Assembly: GCA_038142325.1 (NCBI GenBank)
Contig: JAYQJW010000002.1
Span: 128,001 to 192,000 of the forward strand
Direction of reading: 5' to 3'
Source: Gammaproteobacteria bacterium
GTDB lineage: Bacteria > Pseudomonadota > Gammaproteobacteria > GCA-002705445 > GCA-002716945
DNA length: 64,000 nt
Positions 32,840-42,868 of the stretch are shown one piece after another. The position numbers were made by a program, and so were the translations under genes. Position 1 is the first letter of the stretch. Every line of letters starts with the position of its first letter. A model generated the notes under the pieces. The model had not been told where the DNA came from, ran no database searches, and saw only the letters and a program-made list of their open reading frames with translations.

Positions 32840-33932
32840 ATGCGATTAATTATCCCTGGCAACTCACTTCTTTCTTCTATTGCTGCAGTGCATTTATCAA
32901 ATATTGAGAATATAGAATTAAGCCTCAAAAAAGATGATTTAAAACATTATGATCGCTTTCTACAGTATTAATGAGTTCAGCAAAAGATATCTTGATTATG
33001 TAGGCATTTGGAAAAACTTAGATACAGATAAAATAGTTAGTTATAACGAGATAGATATATATCTTAAGAAAGATAAAACAGTTAATTTTAATTGTTGTGA
33101 TTTAAATACTGAAAATCTAGGGTATATAGTCTCAGAGAAGGATCTGTTGACTGCTGTTAAAACAGAGTTAAATTCATGTAAACTCATAGATGAATTTATA
33201 AATCTTGATACTCAATCTTCAAATAAAGATTTAATCATATATACAGACATTAAAGATGTTTTAGCAAACAAGATTGCTGTAAAGTATAGTACTACTGACT
33301 ATAAACAAATTGCTTTGAATATTAATCTGTCTCATCAGAATGATAATATGAGAAAGCCACGTCAAATCTTTTATGATCAGGAAATATTAGGTCTTTTGCC
33401 ACTAGACAACTACACATATAACCTAATATGGAGTCTTCCTAGTAACATGCATGGTAAGTTGATGAATAATTCTTCCGATGAATTGTCAGCATGTTTATCT
33501 GATCGTATTGAATTTATTGTTGGTGATATCAAAAAAATTAGTATAGGTAAGTCATTTCCACTTTCATCAAGACACACAGATACATACTTTTATGATAATA
33601 ATTTATTTGTAGGTGAGGCAGCTCATAAGTATCATCCGCTCGCGGGTTTAGGTCTGAATATGGGAATCGAGGATGTTGCCTATTTGAGTTATTTAATGGC
33701 TAATCATAAAGATAAAAAGTCTGTGATGTATAATTTTTCTAATAAAAGAATCGCAAGAAATCATGGGCTTCAGAAAATCTTGGATCTAATAATAAATTTT
33801 CATTCCACAAAGTTATTTCCATTGGAATTTAAGAATAGAGCACTTAAAATCTTTAATCAGTCTATCTATCTCAAAGCAAAGATAACAAAAAATGCTACTG
33901 GCTTAATAGCTAATAACTTAATTAATCAGTAA
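32840..33932 (+). CDS. UbiI/VisC-like FAD-dependent monooxygenase (frameshift near 32960; divergent N-terminus)
   Basis: LGYIV, YKQIAL, SFPL and GEAAHKYHPLAGLGLNMGIED motifs; follows ubiH. Confidence 0.7.
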
Positions 33933-34692
33933 ATAAATAGATTGATATCAAAATGAGAAGCGTAGAAAAGATAACCTTAACTCTTGAGGCATCAAACATT
34001 CTAAGAAGTGAAACACCAATGTATGATCCAATCATGCTTGTTGGCACAATCACAATTAAGCCCATGTAGTTTAATTTAGTTCTAAATATATCTATGTTTA
34101 TAAAATACATAAACGCAATACATGTTAATGCAATAACCATTCCTATTGCAGATGCTGTTGCAATTGATTTCTTTATATCACCAAGAATAAAAGATAAATA
34201 AGGAACTGATAGAGTACCACCTCCAATACCCATAAGAGAACTTATGGTCCCATTCAGAAAAAAATAAGTCCCTCCAATGTTATTTACAATATTAATATTG
34301 TTCTTTATTAGTTTAGCATCGCTGATTAGCAACAAAGCCAAAATAAGTAAAATCATACTATAAATATTTTCTAATAAGTAAGATGGTAAATACTCCAATA
34401 AGTAGATACCAACTAAACATCCTAAAATTACTGGTACAGAAAATCTTTTTACCTGCTCTGTAATAACTAAATTGTTTTTAAAATGAAGATATGCCGACAT
34501 TGAGCCAGCAAATATTATGCAGACAATTGATGTATAAACTGCAGCTTGTAATTGATAGCCTAAGAATAAATCATTGATTTTGTGGACTATTAATAGTCCA
34601 GGGACAAAAATTATTCCACCACCAAGCCCAAGCATTCCAGCTGTGATACCGCCAATAAGTCCAATTAAAATGTATATTATGAATAGTTCCAC
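33922..34692 (-). CDS. sulfite exporter TauE/SafE family membrane protein
   Basis: Two repeats, AGMLGLGGGIIFVP and SLMGIGGGTLSVP; hydrophobic. Confidence 0.87.
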   Translation of the reverse strand: MELFIIYILIGLIGGITAGMLGLGGGIIFVPGLLIVHKINDLFLGYQLQAAVYTSIVCIIFAGSMSAYLHFKNNLVITEQVKRFSVPVILGCLVGIYLLEYLPSYLLENIYSMILLILALLLISDAKLIKNNINIVNNIGGTYFFLNGTISSLMGIGGGTLSVPYLSFILGDIKKSIATASAIGMVIALTCIAFMYFINIDIFRTKLNYMGLIVIVPTSMIGSYIGVSLLRMFDASRVKVIFSTLLILISIYLFTD

Positions 34693-34742
34693 AGTCTATG
34701 CATCCAAAGTGTGTACATTCTAGTTTAAAAATCCACTAAATG

Positions 34743-34751
34743 TGGCATAAT
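34743..34751 (+). promoter_or_regulatory. extended -10 element upstream of the sgaA operon
   Basis: TGGCATAAT (TGn-CATAAT) 54 nt before ATG 34806. Confidence 0.4.
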
Positions 34752-34805
34752 AAATCGATTATTTTGGTAACCCCAATCAATTAACAGTTTTTAGGAAGCA
34801 AATAT

Positions 34806-35972
34806 ATGTCAGGATATCATTTTTTATTCGTACCAGGTCCATCAAATGTACCTGCAGCAGTTCAGCAAGCAATCCATTGTCCAATGGAAGATCATCGTAA
34901 TCCAACAATACCAGATTTAATACAACCAATAACTCAAGACTTAAAAAAAATATTAAGGACGGAAACAGGTAAGGTAGTATTCTTTCCATCTTCAGGGACC
35001 GGCTGTTGGGAAGCAGCACTTCAAAGCACGCTTAATGTCGGTGACAAAGTTCTTGGAGCTAGTTTTGGACAGTTCAGCCACTTATGGCTTGATATGTGTA
35101 AAAGACTGCAATTTGAACCTATTACAATGGAAGAAGAATGGGGTACTGGCGCAAATCCTGAAAGCTACCATAAGCACCTATCTGAAGATAAGAATCATGA
35201 AATTAAATGCGTTCTTGTGTGTCAAAATGAGACAGCAACAGGTGTAAGAAGTGACGTTGCTGCAATTAGAAAAGTTTTAGATGACCTTAACCATCCTGCA
35301 TTATTATTTGTGGATGGTGTGAGTTCAGTTGCTAGATATGAATTTGAGATGGATAAATGGGGTGTTGATGCCATTGTAAGTGGCTCGCAGAAAGGCTTCA
35401 TGTTACCAGCTGGGTTAGGCATATTAGGAGTAAGTCAAAAAGCTATTGATGCTATGAAAAATTCTAACTATCCTACATGTTATTTTGATGTCGTTGATAT
35501 GATTGAAAAACTTGATGGTGGATATTTGCCTTACACTCCTCCTGTGAATCTTCTAAGGGGATTTAGAGTTGCAATTGACATGATATTCGAAGAAGGATTA
35601 GAAAACATTTGGAAAAGACATCATCGACTTGCTGAAGGCACTAGAAAAGCTATTACTGAAGGTTGGGGACTAAACTTGTGTGCTAAAGAGGAAAAATGGT
35701 ACTCAGATACGGTCTCAGCTATTGTTGTACCAGAAGGTTTTGATGCATCAAAAGTTATATCTACTGCATTTAATAAATACAACCTAGCACTTGGAGCTGG
35801 GCTGTCAAAAGTTGCAGGTAAAGTATTTAGAATTGGTCATTTAGGCGACTTAAACGAGTGCATGTTATTTGGTGCAATATCAGGGGCAGAAATGGCAATG
35901 CTCGACAATGGAATTAAAGTTGAGCCTGGAAGTGGTGCTGCAGCTGCATCTAAATATTGGTCGTCAAATTAG
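34806..35972 (+). CDS. sgaA: serine--glyoxylate aminotransferase (class V PLP)
   Basis: LFVPGP, EDHR, FGQFSHLW, EEEWGTGA, GSQKG (PLP Lys), PYTPP and YNLALGAGLSKVAGKVFRIGHLGDLNE match methylotroph SgaA signatures. Confidence 0.88.
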   Translation: MSGYHFLFVPGPSNVPAAVQQAIHCPMEDHRNPTIPDLIQPITQDLKKILRTETGKVVFFPSSGTGCWEAALQSTLNVGDKVLGASFGQFSHLWLDMCKRLQFEPITMEEEWGTGANPESYHKHLSEDKNHEIKCVLVCQNETATGVRSDVAAIRKVLDDLNHPALLFVDGVSSVARYEFEMDKWGVDAIVSGSQKGFMLPAGLGILGVSQKAIDAMKNSNYPTCYFDVVDMIEKLDGGYLPYTPPVNLLRGFRVAIDMIFEEGLENIWKRHHRLAEGTRKAITEGWGLNLCAKEEKWYSDTVSAIVVPEGFDASKVISTAFNKYNLALGAGLSKVAGKVFRIGHLGDLNECMLFGAISGAEMAMLDNGIKVEPGSGAAAASKYWSSN

Positions 35973-35981
35973 GAGAATATA

Positions 35982-36953
35982 ATGAGTAAGCCAAAAGCCA
36001 TAGTAACAAGAAGATGGCCTTCAGCAAATGAAGATCGACTAAGAGAACATTTTGATGTAACTTTTAATGAATCTGATGTCCCATTTACTGAGGATCAATT
36101 AAAAGATGCTCTAAAAAACTGTGATGTATTTATGCCTACAGTAACCGACAAAGTCACACGCGATGTTTTAGGTGTAGAAGGAAGAACAGCAAATATGATT
36201 GCTAATTTTGGCGTAGGTTTTAATCATATTGACATTGAGGCAGCTAAGGAATTCAATATTACAGTTTCCAATACACCATCAGTACTGACAGATTGTACTG
36301 CAGATATTGCAATGTCACTTCTACTAATGGTGGCAAGAAGAGTTGGTGAGGGAGAGAGAGAACTTAGATCAGATAATTGGACAGGTTGGAGACCCACACA
36401 TCTACTTGGCACTAAAGTAACAGGTAAAAAGTTAGGAATCATTGGCTTTGGAAGGATAGGTCAAGCAGTTGCGCAGAGAGCAAAATTTGGCTTTGATATG
36501 GATATTCTTTTTTGGGATCCTTATGATATTCCATCTGAAGTTGTTTCAAAGTTTGAAGCTACAAAACTAGATACAATAGAAGATATATGTAAAGAATCTG
36601 ATTTTGTTTCAGTAAATTGCCCTGCAACAAAAGAAACATTTCATCTTATGAATGAGGAAAGATTTAAGTTGATGAAGCCATCAGCATTCGTTATTAATAC
36701 TGCAAGAGGCGATATTATTGATGAAAAAGCGTTATTAAAAGCTCTTGAAGATAAAGAAATTGCTGGTGCAGGCCTAGATGTATTCGAGACTGAACCAAAT
36801 ATTCCATCGCAACTTAAAACACTTGAAAACGTTGTTTCTTTTCCACATCTAGGTAGTGCGACCATTGAGACTAGAATCGCAATGGGTAATACTGCAATTG
36901 ATAATGCATTGGCTTTTTTCGCTGGAAAAGACTTACCGAATAAGGTTGTTTGA
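35982..36953 (+). CDS. hprA: hydroxypyruvate reductase / D-glycerate dehydrogenase
   Basis: KPKAIVTRRWP, NFGVGFNHID, GFGRIG, INTARG, GLDVFE and PHLGSAT motifs; lies between sgaA and gck. Confidence 0.8.
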   Translation: MSKPKAIVTRRWPSANEDRLREHFDVTFNESDVPFTEDQLKDALKNCDVFMPTVTDKVTRDVLGVEGRTANMIANFGVGFNHIDIEAAKEFNITVSNTPSVLTDCTADIAMSLLLMVARRVGEGERELRSDNWTGWRPTHLLGTKVTGKKLGIIGFGRIGQAVAQRAKFGFDMDILFWDPYDIPSEVVSKFEATKLDTIEDICKESDFVSVNCPATKETFHLMNEERFKLMKPSAFVINTARGDIIDEKALLKALEDKEIAGAGLDVFETEPNIPSQLKTLENVVSFPHLGSATIETRIAMGNTAIDNALAFFAGKDLPNKVV

Positions 36954-36966
36954 GCTAAATCTTTAA

Positions 36967-38254
36967 ATGTCATCGAGAGATATTGCACATTCTTTATTTG
37001 AAGAAGCAATAGCTCTTCAACGACCATCTAATATAGTCTTTTTATCCTGTGAGAAATATGAAGACTATTTTGTGTCTGCTGAGAGAATATTTCCTGTAGC
37101 GGTAGGTAAAGCATCAGTCATGATGATGGATGGTTTTCTCAAATATATTGAACAAAAACATAAAACAAAAATATTTGAGCGACCAATTGTAGTTAGCAAT
37201 CCCCAAGAAAATTCTTCGACGTTTGACTTTAATCATATTATCTCTTCACACCCAACACCAGATGCTAATAGCGTGAATGCCTCAAAAGAAGTTCTTAAAT
37301 ATGTCGCTCAATCAAATAATAATGATCTGGTTGTATTCTTGCTTAGTGGTGGTGGTTCATCATTATTATCTTTACCAGCTGAGGGAATATCTCTTGAGGA
37401 CAAGATTCAAGCTTACAAATTTACTTCTATCGGCAGGATGTAATATTAATGAAATTAATACTATACGAAAACATATATCTGGCATTAAAGGCGGAAGATT
37501 GAACAGTGCTGCCTTACCCAGTAAAACATTATCTTTGGTAATATCTGATGTAATTAATGACGACTTAAGCTCTATTGCAAGCGGTCCAACAGTAGCAGAC
37601 AACACAACATTTTCTGATGCGATAGACATTTTGTCCAACTACAACATTTACTCAAAAGTACCACAATCGATTCAGAATCATTTAATAAAGGGGCATACTG
37701 ATAACTCATACGAGACGCCCAAGCATTTCACAAATAATATTTCTGAAATTATAAGTAGTAATCAAGTGTTTCGTAAAACACTAGTTAATATTGCAGAAAC
37801 TAAAAACTATAAAGTAATAAATCTTGAAAACACTTTTGAGAAACTCGCGATTGATGATGCAAAGAAACTTTATGATGAAGCTAATAAAAATAAAGATAAA
37901 AGTATTATTATAATTTCAGGTGGAGAAACATTAGTAAATCTTACAGGATCTGGAAAGGGAGGTAGAAATCAAGAATTTGCTCTCTCTTTTTTAAATAAAT
38001 ATCTTATAGAAGGTTCTGATATAAATTTATGCCTTTATTCAGTAGGTACAGATGGTATAGATGGCCCTACTGATGCTGCAGGAGCTATAGTAGATAACCA
38101 TACTATCTCAAGGTATAAAGATACTGATCTAGATATCGAATCATATCTAGCTAATAATGATTCATATAGTTTTTTTAGTAAACTAGATTCTCTTATTAAA
38201 ATTGGTCCCACAGGAACTAATGTTGCTGATATTCAAATCACTATCATCAATTAA
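36967..38254 (+). CDS. gck: type-2 (MOFRL) glycerate kinase (frameshift near 37405)
   Basis: VGKA, SGGGSSLL, RKHISGIKGGRL, IASGPT, GGRNQE, TDGIDGPTDAAGA and GPTGTNVAD motifs. Confidence 0.88.
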
Positions 38255-39531
38255 CAGTTACTATGAATTCTTCAAATAATTTATAAACCTTTTTGAAATC
38301 TCCGTCTGTATGTGCTTCAGAAATAAATCCTGCTTCATATGGCGATGGGGCAAAAAACACTCCTCTTTCTAACATGAAATTAAAAAACTTATTAAACATA
38401 TTAATATCTGAATTTTTAATATCTTCAATATTATTTGGAATATCGTTCGTGAAATAAAGACCAAACATTCCTCCCTCTGAGTCAGTATTAAACTTAAATT
38501 TGTGTTTCATAGCTACACTCTTCATTTCATTAGTAAATGATTTTGTTTTAGCGCTTAATCTTTTAAAAAAGCTTTTTTAGAAATTATTTTTAAAGTTTCA
38601 AGACCACAGTGCATTGCTAATGGATTACCTGATAGAGTTCCCGCTTGATAAATCGGTCCATCAGGTGCAAGTTTATCCATAATCTTGGCTTTACCACCAA
38701 ATGCACCCACTGGAAGTCCTCCACCAATCACTTTACCAAAGGTTGTTATGTCTGGTCTTACTTTATATATTTCTTGGGCTCCTTTGAAGTTAACTCTAAA
38801 GCCAGTCATAACTTCATCAAAAATTAAAAGCGACTTATATTTTGTACATAATTTTCGGAGCTCTTGTAAAAATTTTTTTGTCCTCTTACAAAATTCATAT
38901 TGCCTGCAATGGGTTCAATAATTACACATGCAATTTTATTTGAATTTTTATTAAATATTTTCTTAACTTCATTAATGTCGTTATAAGGTAGTGAAATAGT
39001 ATCTTTAGATGACCCTTTTGTTACACCACTGGAGCTAGGTTTACCAAAAGTTGTTGCTCCTGATCCAGCTTCAACAAGGAAAGCATCACCGTGACCATGG
39101 TAGCAACCATTGAATTTAATAATAATATCTTTACCAGTATAACCTCTGGCTAACCTTGCTGCACTCATAGTTGCTTCTGTACCTGAATTAACCATTCTTA
39201 TTTTTTCAATTGAAGGAATGTTATTTATAATAAATTCAGCTATCTCTGTTTCTGCTGCGTTAGGAGCGCCATATGTTAGACCATCTTTTGATACTTTACT
39301 AAGTTTAGATAGTATCCTACTATCGCTGTGCCCTAATATCATAGCTCCCCATGAGCCAATAAAATCAATATAACGATTGTCATCAATATCAACTATATGC
39401 GAACCCTTTGATTTTTTGACAATGAATGGTGAACTGGAAACAGCAGAAAATGATCTTACTGGAGAATTCACACCACCAGGTATCATTTTTTTTGTTCTGT
39501 TAAAAAGTAGATTTGATTTGTTCCTTTTCAC
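38247..39531 (-). CDS. hemL: glutamate-1-semialdehyde 2,1-aminomutase (multiple frameshifts)
   Basis: [39 protein letters not shown] and APSPYEAGF across three ORFs. Confidence 0.95.
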
Positions 39532-40159
39532 GCATTAATCCCATTAGTTCATTTATTGTTAATTTTATATTGTCTAGTTCTTGTCTGAAAATCCCTTCGC
39601 TTATGGCTACCATTTCCGGTTTATGCACTAATACAGATTTAATATTATCCAAATTAATCCCACCTATTATACACATTGGAGGCCTGTTGATAACTTTATA
39701 TTTCTCAATTATAAACCTACTTAAAGAATCAGTATTCTTCTTGGTGTTACTGGTGCTAAATGCACCAATAGAAAAGTACGAAACATTATTTTCTATTAAT
39801 TTCTCAATATCAAAGATTTCTGATCCGCATGAATATCCTACCAATACGTCAGAACCACAAAAATTTTTAATTTTTTCGAGAGGCATGTCTCCTCTTCCAA
39901 GATGAATCCCTGAACCATCATAATGTTTGATTAATTTGTAATCATTATTAATTATTAGTTGTACATCAAATTCATTGCAGTAGCTATATATCTTTTTTAA
40001 TAAAAACCTTTTTTTTCTTGATGAGAAATAAGGTGATCTAAATTGAAAAATGCTTATACCGCTGGAAATAACCTCAAAACACTTATGAAGATATTCATCG
40101 TCTGTATCTAAGTAACTGGGAGATACAGGATATATACCACTTAATTTGTTTATATTTAT
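39500..40159 (-). CDS. thiE: thiamine phosphate synthase-like protein
   Basis: Frame is open upstream of the ORF call to ATA 40159: LSGIYPVS, FQFR, LIINND, GIHLGRGD, SNTK and IGGI; usual hemL-thiE-rubredoxin locus. Confidence 0.78.
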   Translation of the reverse strand: MNINKLSGIYPVSPSYLDTDDEYLHKCFEVISSGISIFQFRSPYFSSRKKRFLLKKIYSYCNEFDVQLIINNDYKLIKHYDGSGIHLGRGDMPLEKIKNFCGSDVLVGYSCGSEIFDIEKLIENNVSYFSIGAFSTSNTKKNTDSLSRFIIEKYKVINRPPMCIIGGINLDNIKSVLVHKPEMVAISEGIFRQELDNIKLTINELMGLMREKEQIKSTF

Positions 40160-40207
40160 ATTATGTTATTGATTAATTATATCTAAGAAGTTAATCTTTA
40201 CGAACTC

Positions 40208-40375
40208 ATGAAGAAGTATCTATGTTTAATATGCGGTCTTATCTATGATGAAGAAAAAGGATGGCCAGATGATGGAATTCAACCAGGAACAAAGTGGGAT
40301 GATATTCCAGACACTTGGATGTGTCCTGACTGTGGCGCTACCAAATCTGACTTTGATATGATTGAAGTTGCATAG
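40208..40375 (+). CDS. rubredoxin (55 aa; missed by ORF track)
   Basis: [55 protein letters not shown] with two CxxCG motifs. Confidence 0.95.
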   Translation: MKKYLCLICGLIYDEEKGWPDDGIQPGTKWDDIPDTWMCPDCGATKSDFDMIEVA

Positions 40376-40378
40376 ACC

Positions 40379-41701
40379 ATGTTCTCAAGTGTCGTTGACC
40401 GACAAATTCTAAAAATTGCTATCCCGTTAATTTTTTCCAACTTATCAGTTCCTCTTGTTGGTTTAGTTGATAATGCCGTTCTGGGACATCTCAGCAGTCC
40501 TATATATCTTGCATCTGCAGGTCTAGGGGCAATTATAATGAGTTATATTCTTTTTAGTTTTGGCTTTATAAAATCAACAACTACAGGATATATCTCTCAG
40601 ATAGATCATCTTTCTGAGGATAAGACTATCAAAAGTATTTACCAAATTTTTATAATTGCTAGCTTTATTTCATTTGTACTATTAATTCTAAAAGATTTTA
40701 TTATTTCAACATCTCTAAACATTTTCGGCGGCTCAGGTGAGATTAATCAGAACGCAGCAATATATTTAGATATTAGATTTTGGTCCATACCAGCAATATT
40801 TATGAGAGACATTTTTATAGGTTATTTAATTGGCACTAAAAAAGTCTCTTATGCTATGAAAATAATTATTTTTATTAATGCATTTAATATAATTCTGGAC
40901 TACTTTTTTGTTTATGTTCTTTCAATGAATATCGAAGGTGTTGCTTATGCTTCTGTTATTGCAGAATCCTCTGTAATTATATTCGTTGCCTATTTTCTTA
41001 TTACAAATAACAACTTTGTTAATAAATCAATATTTACTAAATCTCTCATTGAAATTAAAAATCTAAAAAATAAATTAATTGTTAATGGAAATATGTTTAT
41101 CAGGTCTGTAATTTTAATGACTTGTTTTGCAGTGTTTATGAGTCAGAGCGCGAGTCAAGGAGAAATCATTCTTGCAGCGAATACTATTTTACTTAATTTT
41201 TTCTTTTTATTTTCCTATGGTATCGATGCATTTGCTCATGCAAGTGAAGTATTAGTAGGAAATTCAGTTGGAGAGAAAAACATCACCTATTATGATTCGA
41301 TCATCAAATCAAGTTTTAAATTTATATTTTTTATGGTGTCTTCATTTCTAATTATTTTCTTTTTCTTCTCTTATGAAATTTCTACTCTTGTCACGAGCCA
41401 TAATAATGTAATTGCTTTGATAGATGATCACATTATATTTCTTTATCTTATTGTTATATTTGGCTCTGTTGCATTTTGCATTGATGGTATTTTTATTGGC
41501 GCACTTCAGCATATTATAATGCGTAATATTATGATTATTTCGGGTATTACCTATGCAGCATCCTCTTATGTTTTGCTTAGTGATAGCTCACAGATGATTT
41601 GGTATTCATTTATTATATTTTTTGCAACTAGAAGCATTCTTCTATATTTGTCTCTTGGAGGAGTTAGGAGATCATTATTTGAATTAAAGAACTATGTTTG
41701 A
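40379..41701 (+). CDS. MATE family efflux transporter (DinF-like)
   Basis: IPLIFSNLSVPLVGLVDNAVLGH, STTG, N..LD and DG motifs; about 12 TM segments. Confidence 0.88.
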   Translation: MFSSVVDRQILKIAIPLIFSNLSVPLVGLVDNAVLGHLSSPIYLASAGLGAIIMSYILFSFGFIKSTTTGYISQIDHLSEDKTIKSIYQIFIIASFISFVLLILKDFIISTSLNIFGGSGEINQNAAIYLDIRFWSIPAIFMRDIFIGYLIGTKKVSYAMKIIIFINAFNIILDYFFVYVLSMNIEGVAYASVIAESSVIIFVAYFLITNNNFVNKSIFTKSLIEIKNLKNKLIVNGNMFIRSVILMTCFAVFMSQSASQGEIILAANTILLNFFFLFSYGIDAFAHASEVLVGNSVGEKNITYYDSIIKSSFKFIFFMVSSFLIIFFFFSYEISTLVTSHNNVIALIDDHIIFLYLIVIFGSVAFCIDGIFIGALQHIIMRNIMIISGITYAASSYVLLSDSSQMIWYSFIIFFATRSILLYLSLGGVRRSLFELKNYV

Positions 41702-41763
41702 TTACATTTCCTGTGTTATAGTTAGCACTTAAATATTCACGATATATACATGCGGAGGGAATT

Positions 41764-42105
41764 ATGGTATTCGGATTATTCAAAAAAAAGGAGCCTGTTA
41801 AAGTAACCATCAAAGGAACTGGTGAAACCTTTACATGCGAACCTAATGAACTACTTATGAAAGCTGCTATGAGACAAAAGGTTGACTGGCCGCATTCATG
41901 TAAAGTTGGTAGTTGTGGATCATGCAGAGCTACTATTGTTGAGGGCGAAGGGAAATATCCTTCTAGTCCATGTGACCCAACAACACTTCTTCATAAAGAG
42001 GAAATGGATAATGGTATGGTTATAGCATGCCAGTGGACACCAACAACTGATATTACAGTCGATGTTGAAATTGGTAAACAAGGTGACAAGCGAGGTATGG
42101 TCTAG
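41764..42105 (+). CDS. standalone plant-type [2Fe-2S] ferredoxin
   Basis: PHSCKVGSCGSC...IACQ cysteine pattern; strong GGAGGG SD. Confidence 0.88.
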   Translation: MVFGLFKKKEPVKVTIKGTGETFTCEPNELLMKAAMRQKVDWPHSCKVGSCGSCRATIVEGEGKYPSSPCDPTTLLHKEEMDNGMVIACQWTPTTDITVDVEIGKQGDKRGMV

Positions 42106-42860
42106 GAATTAAGACTTCTTAGAGCATGATTTATTTTATTAGATAAATCGTTGCTTATTTTATTATCGATGTAGTCTCGTGTACATACTGAGTCTAAAAA
42201 ATGAAGTATTACATGAGACTCTTTCTTCATTAAAAAATCAAAATACAAAGTCATCATCTCACCCTTTTCGCTTTTTTCAGTTATTATCCTTGAGTATTTG
42301 GTATCTTTTGGATAATCACGTGGGTATCTAATCGCTATTGGTTGAATATTAATATCCGTTTTGTCTATTGATTTAAAAAGCTTATGATGAAACTTTTTTA
42401 CACTCTCGCCACTACCAATTTTTCCTTCAGGAAAGAATACAATTTTATTCCCTACTGCTAACCTATTTTTCATTTCGGTTATCATTCTAGATGAATCCTT
42501 GCTGTCACCTCTTTTGATAAATAATGTCCCTGTTTTTGATGCAAGATTTCCAATTATTGGCCACTTAGATATTTCATCTTTTGCAATAAAATTTACGGGT
42601 AGTAATTGATTAATAACAATAATATCTAAATATGTAACATGATTAGATACATATAAACTAGATGAAACATCAGGGTTACCAATAATTTTAATTTTAATTC
42701 CTAATATGTATGATAGGCATTTCATCCATTTCATCATGATTAAAAAATGTATTTTTCTAAATGATTCTATATTATTAGGAAAAAAAACTATTGTAATTAG
42801 CCCTACTATGATAATTAGAATTAGCAAAGGCAATCTGATTAATACTAATAAAATAGACAT
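42102..42860 (-). CDS. lysophospholipid acyltransferase (PlsC/OlsA-like)
   Basis: SNHVTYLD (HX4D), FIAK, GTLFIKR and FFPEG motifs. Confidence 0.88.
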   Translation of the reverse strand: MSILLVLIRLPLLILIIIVGLITIVFFPNNIESFRKIHFLIMMKWMKCLSYILGIKIKIIGNPDVSSSLYVSNHVTYLDIIVINQLLPVNFIAKDEISKWPIIGNLASKTGTLFIKRGDSKDSSRMITEMKNRLAVGNKIVFFPEGKIGSGESVKKFHHKLFKSIDKTDINIQPIAIRYPRDYPKDTKYSRIITEKSEKGEMMTLYFDFLMKKESHVILHFLDSVCTRDYIDNKISNDLSNKINHALRSLNS

Positions 42861-42868
42861 GTTATTAA

